Source of the DNA: Felis catus
Lineage: Eukaryota
Direction of reading: 5' to 3'
Assembly (NCBI RefSeq): GCF_018350175.1
Contig: NC_058368.1
Span: forward strand, 154,382,001 to 154,446,000
Length of the DNA stretch: 64,000 nt
The notes beneath the pieces are model-generated. The model saw nothing but the letters and a program-made list of their open reading frames with translations, had not been told where the DNA came from and searched no databases. The translations under genes were made by a program, and so were the position numbers. Positions within the stretch are counted from its first letter, which is position 1. The number at the start of each line of letters is the position of its first letter. Below are positions 50,440-63,074 of the stretch, in pieces.

Positions 50440-50630
50440 TTTAGCCTTAGTGAATTTAGATATTATTTAATCCAACCACCAAATTTTACAGATGAAGTGA
50501 TTAAAATGCAAATACATATATGCAAATATGTGTATATTTATATAATTTATATTTATGTATGTATATAATTTATAATTTATATATATATAAATAAATGGCA
50601 GGCCCAAAATAGACCCCAGTTTTCCAGAAT
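50440..50630 (-). mobile_element. MIR fragment interrupted by AT-rich low-complexity sequence
   Basis: TTTAGATATTATTTAATCCAACC...ATTTTACAGATGAAG...AATGGCAGG...AGACCCCAG. Confidence 0.55.
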
Positions 50631-50994
50631 ACCAAGGCAAGGGCAAAGCTCTTTGCTTTTTGTTCTCTTGTCAGAAAAGCTGAAAAAAAGGTGACATTAG
50701 CTTAGCAAAAGCAAATAGAATCCGATGCCTTGACTTATTAACCATTTGAATAAGGAACATGGTAACTTCCAAGGTTACACATAATTCTTATCTGACATTC
50801 ATGAGAATAAGAATAAATGTCCACTAAACTGCACATAAATCATCATAAAATAACTCTCTTAGACATTAACAATTAGAGTGGTAGTCAAAATGAAAACGAT
50901 AAATCCAAACTCTTGACTTAGCATACGAGACCTTGAACAATCTGAATCCAGCCTAAATTATATTGCTTACGTAGACAGCAACACTGCTTTAGTC

Positions 50995-51400
50995 AGTAAC
51001 ACTCAAGCCAATGCACATTTACTACAGTTGCCTACGATGTGTCTGGAATTGTTCCAGACATTAAGGATGGTCCCAATGAGGTGTTACTGCTGTCTTCAAA
51101 GAAGTGAGCAAGATGGAGTAACAAACCTTTCTCATTTCCTTGAGGCTATCAATTTTGTACTAAGAGAATATAAACCACTATCAAAGGTAATGAAGGCCAT
51201 GACAAACATCACTGCTATTGAAATAATGTCAGATGGGATCAGCTGAGGCATTAAAGAGATAATCCACGATCTGAATTTTCTTTTTAATATAATTTATTAT
51301 CAAATTTGTTTCCGTACAACACCCAGTGCTCATTCCAACAAGTGCCATCTTAAATGATGAATAAGCATTAGCTGCTTGAAGAAGCCCAAGGAAGCCCTTG
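50995..51400 (-). mobile_element. L2 fragment with a tiny L1 insertion
   Basis: CATTTACT...TGCCTACGATGTGTCTGG...CTGCTGTCTTCAAAGAAG resembles the reverse L2 3' region. Confidence 0.5.
51276..51356 (-). mobile_element. ~80-bp extreme 3' end of a felid/carnivore L1
   Basis: TTTATTATCAAATTTGTTTCCGTACAACACCCAGTGCTCATTCCAACAAGTGCC closely matches the reverse complement of the L1 end at 14420-14475. Confidence 0.85.
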
Positions 51401-51409
51401 GAAGACCGG

Positions 51410-52545
51410 CCAGCCCAAATCTCTCTTGAGGCTTAGAGCAATTTATCTAATTGCCTCCTCCACATTTCTTAGATGTTCTACAGTTTCTTTAAACTTAACA
51501 TACTACCACTGAACTGTTGAATTCCCGTCTCACTGAAATCAGTCTCTCCTTGCTACTGTCTGGGGCCAGCTAGACAACAGGGGTTTTCCTTGACTCTTTC
51601 TCTCACACATTGTACTTCCGTTCAGCCACCGAATATTTCCAATTCAACCTCCCAAAGAGCTTTCAGATCCATTCTTTTGGTCCCTCTGCTCACTTTCACT
51701 AATCTTATTCATGTTCCTATCATCTTTCATTTGGAAGACTGCAATTACTTGCTAGTAGGTCTGTCCTCCTATTATGTTACCAATCTCCCATCCACTTTAT
51801 GAAAAAAAAAAAAAAAGATGGCATTTTAAAAGGCAAATGTGACCATGTCACCTTCTAGCTTAAAGTTGTTTTGAAAGTCCTTCACTGCCCTGAATGATAT
51901 CTCAGAGCCCTGATCTGAGAGCTCACCCCTCATTTCAGGAACACCCTTTACTATACAGCAATTAGAAACTTCTTTCAGTTTTTTTCACCCCATTAAGTTC
52001 TAAACGCCTCTGAGGTCTCTACATATGTTAGTCCCTAAGCCTGAAATCCTGCCATCACTTTTTTTTCTTTAATGGAAGACTCCTATTCAACTCTAAGGAT
52101 TCTTCTTTTTTAAAAATGTTTATTTAGTTTTGAGAGAGAGAGAGAGAATGGGCAGAGGATGGGCAGAGAGAGGGGGACAGAGGATATGAAGTGGTTCTGC
52201 TCTGACAGCATGAGCCCTCTATGGGGTCAGATTTATAAACCAGGAATTGTGAGATCATGACCTGAGCTGAAGTCAGATGCTCAAGCAACTGAGCCACCCT
52301 GGCACCCCTCTCAGGATTCATCTTGAATTTCACCTCCGCCAATAAGTACCCCCAAACCCTCCCCTCCCTGTCTAGGTAAATAGTCTATCTCTGTGCTCCT
52401 TCTGTTTTCTTTACTTCCTTTGTATAGCATTCATCCCATATTCTGAATTTACTAAGAGTAGTGAAGCAGGACCCACTTTATCTTGTATTCTGCTGTATCC
52501 TCTGTGCCTAGCACATGGAATAGGCTAATTATTCAGTGGAAATTG
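51410..52545 (+). mobile_element. L2 3' region, interrupted by a SINE
   Basis: TATCTAATTGCCTCC...AAACTTAACAT...CCTTGACTCTTTCTCTC...GACCATGTCACC...TGTATCCTCTGTGCCTAGCACA. Confidence 0.75.
52105..52308 (-). mobile_element. Can-SINE
   Basis: Canonical body; degenerate TSD CTCTAAGGATTCTTC / CTCTCAGGATTCATC. Confidence 0.93.
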
Positions 52546-52689
52546 TAATTTCTGTGGCACATGTTTTTTGATCTGTAAAATGAATGTTAGTATAATAGAT
52601 TATACTTGAGGACTCGATTTTAAACTTCTCAGATGCTATGATAGAGATTATGGCTATTTTAGGCTCATAAATTTGAAGGGACACCTCCC

Positions 52690-52825
52690 AGCTTTCTATT
52701 GCACTGTTTCTTTTAGATCTTTGACTGTGAGCTCACTGTGGTCAGTGTTCATTTCTTATTCACCTCCATACTGCCAGACCCTTCCACTCATAGGTACTCA
52801 GTCTTTGGCATAGGAATAAATATTA
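52690..52825 (+). mobile_element. L2 3' fragment
   Basis: GACTGTGAGCTC...CTTATTCACCTC...ATAGGTACTCAG. Confidence 0.55.
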
Positions 52826-53054
52826 AACATATAAAGTAGGAAATACAGTATTTTCCAAAAATCTATCTTTTTAAATTTCTCAAGATTATCATTACCTTTA
52901 AAAGAAAACTTGAATGCATTGTGAAATACCAGATTCAGGAATACTGCAAATTTAGCAATTTTTTAAATAATCTTTTAAAGCATGTGGTATGGGCACATAC
53001 AAATCTCACTAACCTCGTCTTTCTTCTGTCATTTCAAACACAGAAAGCCTTCAA

Positions 53055-53271
53055 TTTTTTTTTTATTACGTTTCTTTATTTTTGAGAGTCAGAGAGAGAC
53101 GGGGCGTGAGCAGGGGAGGGGCAGAGAGAGTGGGAAACAAAGAATCCAAAGCAGGCTCCAGGCTCTGAGCTGTCAGCACAGAGCCCAACGCAGGGCTTGA
53201 ACCCACGAACCGTGAGAGCATGATCTGAGCGGAAGTCAGACGCTTAACCGACTGAGCCACCCAGGCGCCCC
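53055..53271 (-). mobile_element. Can-SINE
   Basis: Canonical; 17-bp TSD ACACAGAAAGCCTTCAA at 53038 and 53272. Confidence 0.96.
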
Positions 53272-54512
53272 ACACAGAAAGCCTTCAAATCTCAGAAGAC
53301 ACATTTTTTCTGAGTATAGCACAGTCCATGTTTTATACTTTCATTTGAGTAGAAAGGGAATGGGACTATTCAGTAGACAGTAAATGGTGGATGGAGTCTG
53401 ACTACTCCCAGCTACCCTCCACCATCAACTCTTACTCAGTAAGTAGACTGAATCTCCTTCTGCTGCAAAACTTAGGAAGCAAATAGATGCATTAGTAGGA
53501 TGAAGGCCCACACCTGCATATATTCAGAGCCACTTTGGTGCAAGGAAAAAACAGAATCATTTTGGAGAATAAGCCAAATGACCTGTTAATTGGATGTTCT
53601 AAAAGGTTAGACACTGGGTGAAACTGAGGGTTGGTTACACCAAGAGATAAGAAAAAAAACATTAGGACAAATATCACCTGGACCAGGAGGGAGGAAGTAA
53701 GAAGGAGGAAGGAAAATTATTTTTTTCTGCTTAACAGCAGAAAATATATACCTTAATGGTGTGTATCTTGCATATGCGAAAGTATCTAATATACACAGAT
53801 GCTTTTTATGAATACCACCAATCATACCTATTCCCCTGGATTCAACTATTTGTTCACTCCACAATTGTTTTTGTAGGTAGTTGGCTATTCTAACTACTTA
53901 AGTTACATTCTGCTAAAAGAAAACATAGCATAAATGACATAATGTTATAGACTGAGAATAATCCAGAATATATCATTTCTCTCCCTAGACATCTTCAAAG
54001 TTCTTTCTCTGTATGTGGAAGAGAAATCCTACCTGCATCTCTTAGGCTGTGCTATCAACTAGCAGTCGCACTTGGGAGAATCACATAACTTCCTTAGATC
54101 CCATATGTAAAATGAGGCACTTCATTATTTCACTTATAAAGTTCTGTGTGCACACACCTAATAAATTTATCATGCCCATAAGATACGATGAGTTCATGAT
54201 AGAGATGTGAAATAAGCTTCATACATCCTGACATGTTTATAGTATCAACCTTTAAGTACGTGTATGTAGATTTATTTTTTCTTGTAGCAACAGTACGGAA
54301 TCCATGCCTTTAAAATGAAGAGGTTCCTGTCTTCCTTACATATTTAAAGTCAACAAATAAAACTAATGAACTGGTAACCGTATTCAGAGCAAAATTAAAA
54401 TAAACATGAAAAATGTAAGGGATCGTTGACATATCTCTTCCCTCGTCAAACATATCAATCTTCACACAGGCCTGATGAAAAAACTTGAATATTTTTTCCC
54501 TTTACATTGTTT

Positions 54513-54529
54513 TCTTTTTATTTATTTAT

Positions 54530-54570
<41 letters not shown>

Positions 54571-54765
54571 ACACGAGAGAGAAAGTGAGCATGAGAATAA
54601 GCAGGGGGAGGGGCAGAGAGAGAATCCCAAGCAGGCTCAGTGCTGTCAACACAGAGCCCAATGCAGGGCTGGGTCTCAGGAACCTATTCGTGTGCCATCA
54701 TGACCCGAGTCAAAAGCCAAAATCAAGAGTGGGACGCTTAAGCGACTGAGCCATCCAGGCACCCC
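54513..54765 (-). mobile_element. Can-SINE with (GA)n
   Basis: TSD TCCCTTTACATTGTTT on both sides. Confidence 0.95.
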
Positions 54766-55112
54766 TCCCTTTACATTGTTTAGGACCATTAGTCCCAACT
54801 AACACAATACCATGCTTTTAACTATTTGTTAAATTTATCAATATCTTAATGGCAAGATAAATTACTTTTACCATAACAATAGCTATTTCTATATTCTTTC
54901 TCTTTCAAAATCTCTCAAACCACATTTTCAAAACATGATGTCTAAAAAGAAACTTATAAAGGTGTTTGCTGTTTTACTGATCAAACTTTAAGGATCTATG
55001 CCATCGGCATTTCTCAGAGTATGAATGCAAGTTTTTAATTTCTTGTTAATCCTTGCTATTTTTTTCTGCACTAGGAATGGGTTGAATGTGTACTTGTAGT
55101 GTTACTTACATT

Positions 55113-55327
55113 CTTTTCTTTAAATTTATTTATTTTGAAAGAGAGAGAGAGGGAGAGAGAGAGAGGGAGAATCAGTGGGGGAGAGGCATAGAGAGAAGGG
55201 ACAGAGGATCTGAAGTGAGTTCTGTGTCCACAGCCATGAACCTGATTAGGACTTGAACTCACAAATTGTGAGATCATGACCTGAGCTAAAGTCGGAAGCT
55301 TAACCAACTGAGCCACTCAGGTGCCCT
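55113..55327 (-). mobile_element. Can-SINE
   Basis: GAGATCATGACCTGAGCTAAAGTCGG...GAGCCACTCAGGTGCCC. Confidence 0.93.
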
Positions 55328-55719
55328 GATAGAATCTGTCTTTGAATTGCTCATTTACTCTGATTTGCATTTATTCTAAGATGCCAAGATGTTAAATACA
55401 ACATTAATTTATTAATGGCATTTCTGGAGAATAGAGGCACTACTCTCTAAGACAAGTATGTACATTGACCCCAGCACTCAAATTTATCATATATGAAAAT
55501 ATAGAAGAAAGAAAGTGTGAGATAGAAAAAAATGAAATATATATATTTATCAATATATATGCATATAAAATATTCTCCTCTGTATATTATTATGTACATA
55601 TATACACATTTCATTTACTCGCCTAAACACAATTTATTATTTTGGGATTGTAGAAACTGATGCTGAAGTAACCTAGGAAAAGTAGTACACAATGTAAATT
55701 TAAGGAGAGAAAAATCTGT

Positions 55720-55875
55720 GTTCCAGATTTTAATCCCATTACTGCCATTTTTTCCTAATCTGTGTGACCTTAGCAAGTTATTTATCTCATCTAGTTTCCC
55801 CACTTGTAAATTGAATATATTAATGCTCCATAAACATTGATATGAATTAATGCACAGAAAATACTTAGGACAAAG
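55720..55875 (+). mobile_element. MIR
   Basis: CTGTGTGACCTTAGCAAGTTATTTATCTC...GTTTCCCCACTTGTAAA (MIR core). Confidence 0.7.
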
Positions 55876-56292
55876 AATACCTTATGTAATTGCACATGTA
55901 AGTAACACAATTTTGAAATGGGACCTTTTTGTCTTCCTGTTTTAGCTGAAACCTTTGAGATATTAAGTGTCAGCAGTTCTAAAACTACAAAGTGAAAACT
56001 CTAGATCACTTAAGTAGAACTTGCAAGGGAAGGGATGTACTTCTTGGCTGAGCTGACCAATCACCTCCAACCCAAAAACAAGTGGAGAGGACATAAATCA
56101 TCACTGCATATGAATGGGAGAGCTCCATCAAAGAGCTGTCCATTTGAAATGACTTTCAACTTCCCCCTCCAGAACAGAAGTGAGGCATCCTCTCCTTCAT
56201 ACAAGGAGATTTTCATTTGTGGTCCCGTGCAATATTTGGGGCTCAGGGCCTCAAGCTGGCCCCATGCTTTAAAAGAAAACAACACATACACT

Positions 56293-56373
56293 AATATATA
56301 TATATATAATATATATATATATAAAAAATATATATATCATATACATAATATATGTATATATATGATATATATA
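56293..56373. repeat. Imperfect (TA)n low-complexity repeat
   Basis: Visible directly in the sequence. Confidence 0.85.
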
Positions 56374-57113
56374 GGAGAAGTCTGGTTACTCACAGAAGGG
56401 GAGAGCAGAGAGAGAGCCAGGTAGCTTCAGAAGCTTTCTATATTCCCATTGAAGATGAGCACAAGGATGTGTGTTTCTAATGAACCAGAAATAAACAAAT
56501 GGAACAAAGTAGACTGGCTGGCATAAGATGCTAGCTGTATTTTACCTCTGGGAGGAGGGTACATGACTGTTTCTCACGGACCATAGTGAAGTTTGTGGGA
56601 CAAGGCTCAGAGCCAGTTCAAACCTCTATAAGAAGACTGTGGAGAAGCGAGGTGATCTCTCCTCTTTCAAAGTAAATGAAAACTACTGAATTCCAAAGAG
56701 GGAGAGAAGGAGCCTAAGTGTCCTGCTAAAGGAAAATGTATTGCTTATGTCATAGGAAATACTGCATAGTTTCCAGTAGTTTCAAATGCACTCAAGGAAA
56801 GGAAGCAACATGAATCATCTAGCCCAGAAAGAAGCTGTCAACATTGGTCAGAGCCAGAGGTCATCAATGCTTCCTGGCTGCCTGCACTTGCTCGTGTACT
56901 GCTTCCCCACCCTCGACCTTAATGCCTCCTCTCCCACCACAAACTATTGGGGCATGGGGTGGAATCTAGCCAAATGAGAAGATAAAGGCATAAGGTAACC
57001 AAACCTTCCAACCTTGCCACAGGCTACCAAATTGAAAGAGTCCTGGACTGGGAAAGAAAGATAGGCTTTTTGATATAAAGTTCGGAGGTTTTAAAGTTCA
57101 CTCTCGTCTAAAT

Positions 57114-57515
57114 CTGTGCTATTCAATACAGTAGCCATTAGCCACCTTACTATCAAATTTAAAATAATTAAAATTAGGGACACCTGGGTGACTCAGTCAG
57201 TTAAGCATCTGACTTCGGCTGAGGTCATGCCCTTGCAGTTCAGGAGTTCAAGCCCCGTGTGGGGCTCTGTGCTGACAGCTCAGAGCCTGGAGCCTGCTTT
57301 GAATTCTGCGTCTCCCTCTCTCCCTGCCTCTCCCCTGCTTGTGCTCTGTCTCTCTCAAAAATAAATAAACATTAAAAAAATTTTTAAAAATAATTAAAAT
57401 TAAACTATATTAAACATTCAGTTCATTATTCACACTAGCCATATTTCAAGCACTCAGTAACTACACATGACTCCTTTATTAGACATGCAAATACAGAACA
57501 TTTCCATTAGCACTA
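57114..57515 (-). mobile_element. MER3-like hAT transposon fossil split by a SINE
   Basis: CTGTGCTATTCAATACAGTAGCCATTAGCCAC...[SINE]...CACTAGCCATATTTCAAGCACTCA...AGAACATTTCCAT. Confidence 0.82.
57177..57386 (+). mobile_element. Can-SINE
   Basis: TSD AAAATAATTAAAATTA at 57161 and 57387. Confidence 0.95.
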
Positions 57516-57697
57516 ATTACTAGTATTAATTACCCAACTGAGAATTTTTCTTCTTTGTTACCAGAAGTCATCAGAAGACATACCAGAGTATAAGCAGATA
57601 CATATTTCATAAAGTAGGGATAAATGAGCAGAAATGGAGAAGAATAGTTGATTTTCTGATTGCTTTCTCTGAGTTATAGCTCTTCAGCGTACCAGCT

Positions 57698-57758
57698 ACA
57701 CACACATACACACACACACATAGACACATATGTTTATACACACACACACACACATATA
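57698..57758. repeat. Imperfect (CA)n microsatellite
   Basis: Visible directly in the sequence. Confidence 0.85.
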
Positions 57759-57853
57759 TGCAAAACTCTCTACCCTACTTAAAAGTATCCATCGTTATTT
57801 GCAATAATCAAAAACAAATGTAGTTCCTGTACATCTATCTAACTCCATATTCA

Positions 57854-58380
57854 TTTTTTTTTCTAGTTAGACAGTGATTTTATTGCGTGAGTACAAAGTC
57901 AAATTTCTGCAACCAAGGCAGAGGCTGTGGATGACTCACATTTCCAGTTGTGAGATAGACTCGCGTGGTCTTATAATATTGACCCAACCGGTAAATACGG
58001 CTCCTCATCAGAATCAATCGGAAATTAGCATCCTGATGTTTTCTGTTCCTCTCAAGAGGCTTTCGAACAGCAACAGGTTTGTTAGTCAGATGGTAGAGAT
58101 CCTCAGGAAGATCAGGGGCAAGTCCCTTGGACTTAAGAATTCTCAACACGTTAGTGCCTGTCACAAAACGTACTTGTGCAACACGATGTGAGTCACACAG
58201 GATCACACCGATTTGTGAAGGAGTCAGGTCCTCCTTGCCCAGTTTGTAGATCTGCTGTCTCGCGTCGTCAGATGTGAGCTCTAGCCAGGTGGGGACGCTG
58301 CAGCGGTAAGGCAGAGCCCAATGGGATAGGCCCTTTCTGGGAGCCTGCACGTGACTCACGATGGCAGGCAGTCAGGCAGT
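57854..58380 (-). pseudogene. RPS13: Processed pseudogene of 40S ribosomal protein S13 (uS15)
   Basis: Intronless translation aligns to RPS13 ([68 protein letters not shown]). Start ATG is now GTG (58359), 1-bp deletion near 57955, native stop lost; AATAAA and a short poly(A) follow; 5'UTR remnant TGCCTGACTGCCTGCCATC. Confidence 0.96.
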
Positions 58381-59619
58381 GGTTAAAAAAACAAACAAAC
58401 CAAAAAAACTTTTTTTTTTCTTAGAAAATTTCAGGTAGAGCGAGAGCCAGTAACGCATTTAAACCAAATAAAATGATGACATTCACAATGTTCTAAATCT
58501 TTGTTCCAAATTTTACAAATAATCCCCCCAATAAAAATGATACTTAAATGCCAATATTATAAAAATATTGCTAGCGGATTGAAAATTTGAAAATTATTTG
58601 CCAGTCTATGCTCTCAAGCTTTTGTGAACTTGATTTGTCTTAAGTGTTATAATAATCTAAGCATTAACATGAATAATTCAGGTGCTTGAAAATCTTGGAT
58701 CCTCATGACTTCTATCAATCATCACAGTTTTCTTTTTTGCCATGTGCATAATCTAGAGAGAAGGTGATTAGATTTAGTCTGCTTACCAACAGATTTGTTT
58801 TCTTTTCATCCACTACTTTCCTAAGATGTAATGTGACATATCAAAAACATAAAATCATATGAAATACTTCATCATAAACACCAAAGTACAAAAAAAAAAT
58901 TCTTTGCACATTACTCCATGGAGAAATAAGTGTAATTTTTCTGTTGAAAACATATGGCAAACTCACAAATAGTGCTTTTGCAGGTGTTTTAAATGGGAGT
59001 AATGTTGTTTATAAAATCTCCAGGAAAATGATAGCATGTGAGTGCCAGTGACGCTAGAACACTTCAAGTCTAATCCCTCCGTTAGCAAGTGTGGAAATTG
59101 AGACCCACGATCCCTTGAGCAGCAGTCTAGGACGGGAACTAGAAATGTGTGGTTTAGAATGGGAAAAACGAAATTCATGAGCTGATCCCGGTATGTATTT
59201 GCTGGCAAATCTAGGCAAAGTCACCTAACTTCTCCAGGCTTTATAATCTTCCCACATAAAGTGAGAATAATCATAGAATACCGGCCTCTTAAATTTCTTA
59301 CAAGAGACCGATTATGACTGTAACACATACAATTGATGTTAGCAATCATTTTTCTTCTCATTTGGTGTTTTAAGTTTTCTAGGATCACCTGCTTAAAGTC
59401 ATGTGGCAAAGTGGATGAAATCATAAGCCATTCACCTTCCTCTGTGTGTCCTCAGCTCAGGGATGCCTCATAAATTGGCATAAGCCAAGGGTCAGCCCTA
59501 CCAGGCTATTTTTACCAAAGCAGACCTTTAGTGTCATAGTACATAAGATTAAGGAGGTGTCCATTCTCGGCTACATTTGCTTCCAGACTCCTCTTTCACA
59601 TTTGCCTGGCTGCCCTCAG

Positions 59620-59622
<3 letters not shown>

Positions 59623-59660
<38 letters not shown>
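59623..59660. repeat. Poly(A) tract, 38 nt
   Basis: Visible directly in the sequence. Confidence 0.95.
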
Positions 59661-59662
<2 letters not shown>

Positions 59663-61003
59663 TAGCCCTCACCCTAAGCCACCTCCATTTCCTTTCTCCA
59701 AATAAGTGATATATGTTTTTCAAAGGAAAAATTCATCTTATATATGATTTTTTTGTGTAGGACTTTGGATATAGACATACACTATGCTAGTCAAAGGTAA
59801 CCTGGAGCCAAATCAATATAAATAGAATAAGAAAATGGAAGAATCAGAGTTAACCAAGAACCATTCACTAAAGTGCACAGACTGTACTGGGGAAATAAAA
59901 TGAAGAAGAGAAGGTATTGGAGCCGTTCTAGATTTAGCCTCCTAAGTACATAATGAGTCCAGATATGCTTCAGGCAATCATCAGTAGACATGGCAAGGGG
60001 CACGGATTTGTCATACAAATGAGGATGTATCACCTGACCAAACGCACAGAGGTGCAGTGTTTAAGGGCAGAAAACTCCAGAGTTGAAGCGGCAGCCAGTG
60101 TGCAAGCCCCATTGCCTGACACATCCTAGACAGTGTATGAAAATATGGCTGGCCTAAGTATCAGATTTGAGGAGAAGGACCCTGGTCCTAAGGCTCTAGG
60201 GTTTCTATACTGAATGACAGGGGGACCGCCAAGCTCTGCTTTTCCATAATCAGGAGCTGGAATCCAAGTTCTATAGTTGGTCTTTACTCTGTTGTTATGC
60301 TTCAGCACTGAGGTACAGATGGCCTCCAGGCCTTATGAATTTTCGTTCAAAAGTTGTCGTTCCTGCTTTTCTTTTAATGGTCCTGATATTTAAGAATGAA
60401 TGAACACTTTCCAAAACCCCAGACTACAAACCAAATGTAAAAGAAAGATAATTATTACACTTTTAAAAGTTATCAAATCCATTATCTACATCAAGTTGCC
60501 ATCCAGATCATGGAAAAATAATTTCAATCCATCATTGGTTTTTCCCACTCCTGTTATGTTATGTTTAATTCTTGAGTGTAGTAGTGTCATTGTATCAGGG
60601 GAAAAGAATGACTTGGTCCTCAGAGTTATCACCTGTTTGGCCTCTGATGCAATCAACCTTCTTTTCTCTGGTCCTTGATCAGCAGTTTATCCATATGGCT
60701 ACTATACAAGCCCTTGGCTGTAGAATTTTTCACTCTGGATGTCAGTGGTTGAACTCATTAGGAGCAAGGGAGGAGATGGGAAACAGGAAGCTTCTTTCCC
60801 ATATGTCACAGGAGCTAAAGGAAACTCCAAAGTGTTTTGTATGGCCCATCCAACTAGATCTTTTGTGCAGATATCTCTTATTTTCTTACACAACCAGGCT
60901 GTAGGGAATTCTGTTTTTTGTCTATATTGTGTATAAGCTCATGGCTTTTTCTAGGGCCTTTGACTTCCCTAAATCCTAATTAGAAGATTAAAAAAATATA
61001 ATC

Positions 61004-61184
61004 CAGTAGTTTTGCCCTACAGGGCATTGTCAAGAGACACTTTTGAATATCATCATTAGGGAGTAATGGCAGCTAGAAAGACGGGTCCAGGGATGCTGCT
61101 AAACATCCTTCAATGCATAGGACAGCCCCATAATAAAGTATTCATCAGCCAAATATATCAGTAGCATCCCTCTAGAGAAACCCT
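61004..61184 (+). mobile_element. MER20-like hAT transposon fossil
   Basis: TTTTGCCCTACAGGG...CCAGGGATGCTGCTAAACATCCTTCAATGCATAGGACAGCCCC...GAGAAACCCT. Confidence 0.88.
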
Positions 61185-61829
61185 CATCTAATCTCAGGGG
61201 GTAGAAAAACCTAGTCCTGACATTACAAGTTGCATGTGCCTTGACACACTGTAGTCCAATTTTAAAGCTGGGCTTTGGAACTTAGAAAGGTTTGCTGTGG
61301 TTCAGCCAATGTAACTTTCATGAGCCAATTGATGCTGAAAGGACTAACCAAACACTATTGGGAAATATTAAGGAAAATAAATGCATCCACCTTTATGGAA
61401 AAATATATTCCACCATGTTAGGAGCTCCAAACTGGTAGGTAAAGCATAGCACCAGAAAATAGGTGACCATTTTTACTTAAGAGCTTAGGTAGATAAGATT
61501 CATTCCAGAACAATAGGCTCCTTGCTAGACTCATTATACTCACTTTGTAAAGGAAAAAGAGTAATAGAACTTACAGAAGAAGCCAAGACTTTAGCAGATA
61601 TTATTTTGGGGATAAATACATTTGCATTCCATAGTTAGTAGCAAAATTGGATAATTTCCACGTAAAAGGGCAATAAACTTACTGGTCTTCAAGGTAAGTC
61701 TTTACTACTAACCCTTAGAAAACTCAGTATCGGAAAATACATAAAGACTTGGAAGGCACATCCTACATGGTTGCATTATATTCCTTTGAGCTAACTTTAC
61801 ATACGAATGACTTGCTTCAAGAGTCTTGC

Positions 61830-62420
61830 CTCTTGGCATCTTGGGAGCCCCCCAACAATATTTTCCTCTAACTCATATGCTCTCTTCCAAGATCATCACT
61901 TTGATTTGACATCAGCACCAATGTGCCATACCTAAAAAAACTTCCATTTCTACCATCTGTCGTCACTTCATACCCTTTCATTTCACACAACATTATTACA
62001 ACAAATCAAGGTCTTCAAACTGACCTTGGCTCCACAATTCTCCACAATTACTTCTTGTATCCAATTTACTAGCTTTGATTCCACAATTAATTTCTACAAT
62101 TACTGGGTCTATTGCAACTATTCGCTCTTTTTATACTATGCTCATCTCAGTGTTGCTTTATTCCCCAAATTACCTTGATTACTCCTGCAGCCACCGATCA
62201 CAGCTGAAAGAAAACCACGTCAGGTTGACTGTTTATATTTATGACCTTAGGCTCAGATGGAAACTAAGACTCATCTAGATATTCTACTGTGTTTTCTTTA
62301 AATATTTATTTTCCACTTTCCATTGTGAGTATTTCATATCTTCTATGTTTCATACCCATATTTCCATCTCACTCTCCCTCGCTCTGATGGCCTTGGCTCA
62401 AACTTCATTGAAAACACCAA
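61830..62420 (+). mobile_element. Probable diverged L2 internal fragment
   Basis: Pyrimidine-rich; CAGCTGAAAGAAAACCAC...TTTATG...CCTTGGCTCAAACTTCATTGAAAA resembles the L2 ORF2 region. Confidence 0.45.
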
Positions 62421-62439
62421 AAACCTATCTTGCTGTAAA

Positions 62440-62778
62440 CAAGCATATTCCCTATGCTCTTTATTTCCATGACTTATTCTTCCCACAACTAGAAGCCTAT
62501 ATCTCCCCCTTCCTGGAACCTATTTTGTCCATTTCCTGCTCCCTTCCCACCTGGCAACCATCAGTTGGTTCTCTGTATTTATAGGACTGACTCTACTTTT
62601 TTCTTTATTTGTTTTATTTTTTAGATTCCACATATGAATGAAATTGTATTGTATCTGTATTTCTCTCCATTTGATTTATCTCACCACTTAGAGGAATACC
62701 CTCTAGGTACATCCATGTTGCAAATGGCAATATCTAATAATTTTATAGCTCCATAATATTCTATTGTGTATGTATGTG

Positions 62779-62827
<49 letters not shown>

Positions 62828-62950
62828 TCAAATATTCAAGGATATTTGAGTTGTTTCCATTTTTGACTTTTATAAACCAACCTGCTATGAATAATCATGT
62901 ATAGGATTTTCTATAAACATAGATTTGAATTTCATTGGGATAAATGCCAT
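62440..62950 (-). mobile_element. L1 3'UTR fragment(s) with (TA)n at about 62767-62827
   Basis: CCATGACTTATT...CTGGCAACCATCAGTT...TTAGATTCCACATATGAATGA...CATCCATGTTGCAAATGGCAA...GAGTTGTTTCCA. Confidence 0.85.
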
Positions 62951-63074
62951 AACACATTTAAAAGTTAAGGAATTAATCAATGATTAATGCTTTTGGAAAT
63001 AGAAGCTTTGGGGTTTCTAAAAACTTATTAGCCATGAGAAATAGGTACTGAATTATTTTTTTTTCTCAGATAAA

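Noticed and set aside
56035..56424. 129-aa plus-strand ORF
   Set aside because: Runs through a (TA)n low-complexity tract; no recognisable homology or splice context.
57854..58380. Functional RPS13 gene or its intronic U14 (SNORD14) snoRNAs
   Set aside because: No introns, start codon lost and a frameshift; the snoRNAs lie in parental introns that are absent here.
59790..60940. Cluster of overlapping 60-110-aa ORFs
   Set aside because: No recognisable domains or exon boundaries; consistent with chance ORFs in slightly GC-richer sequence.
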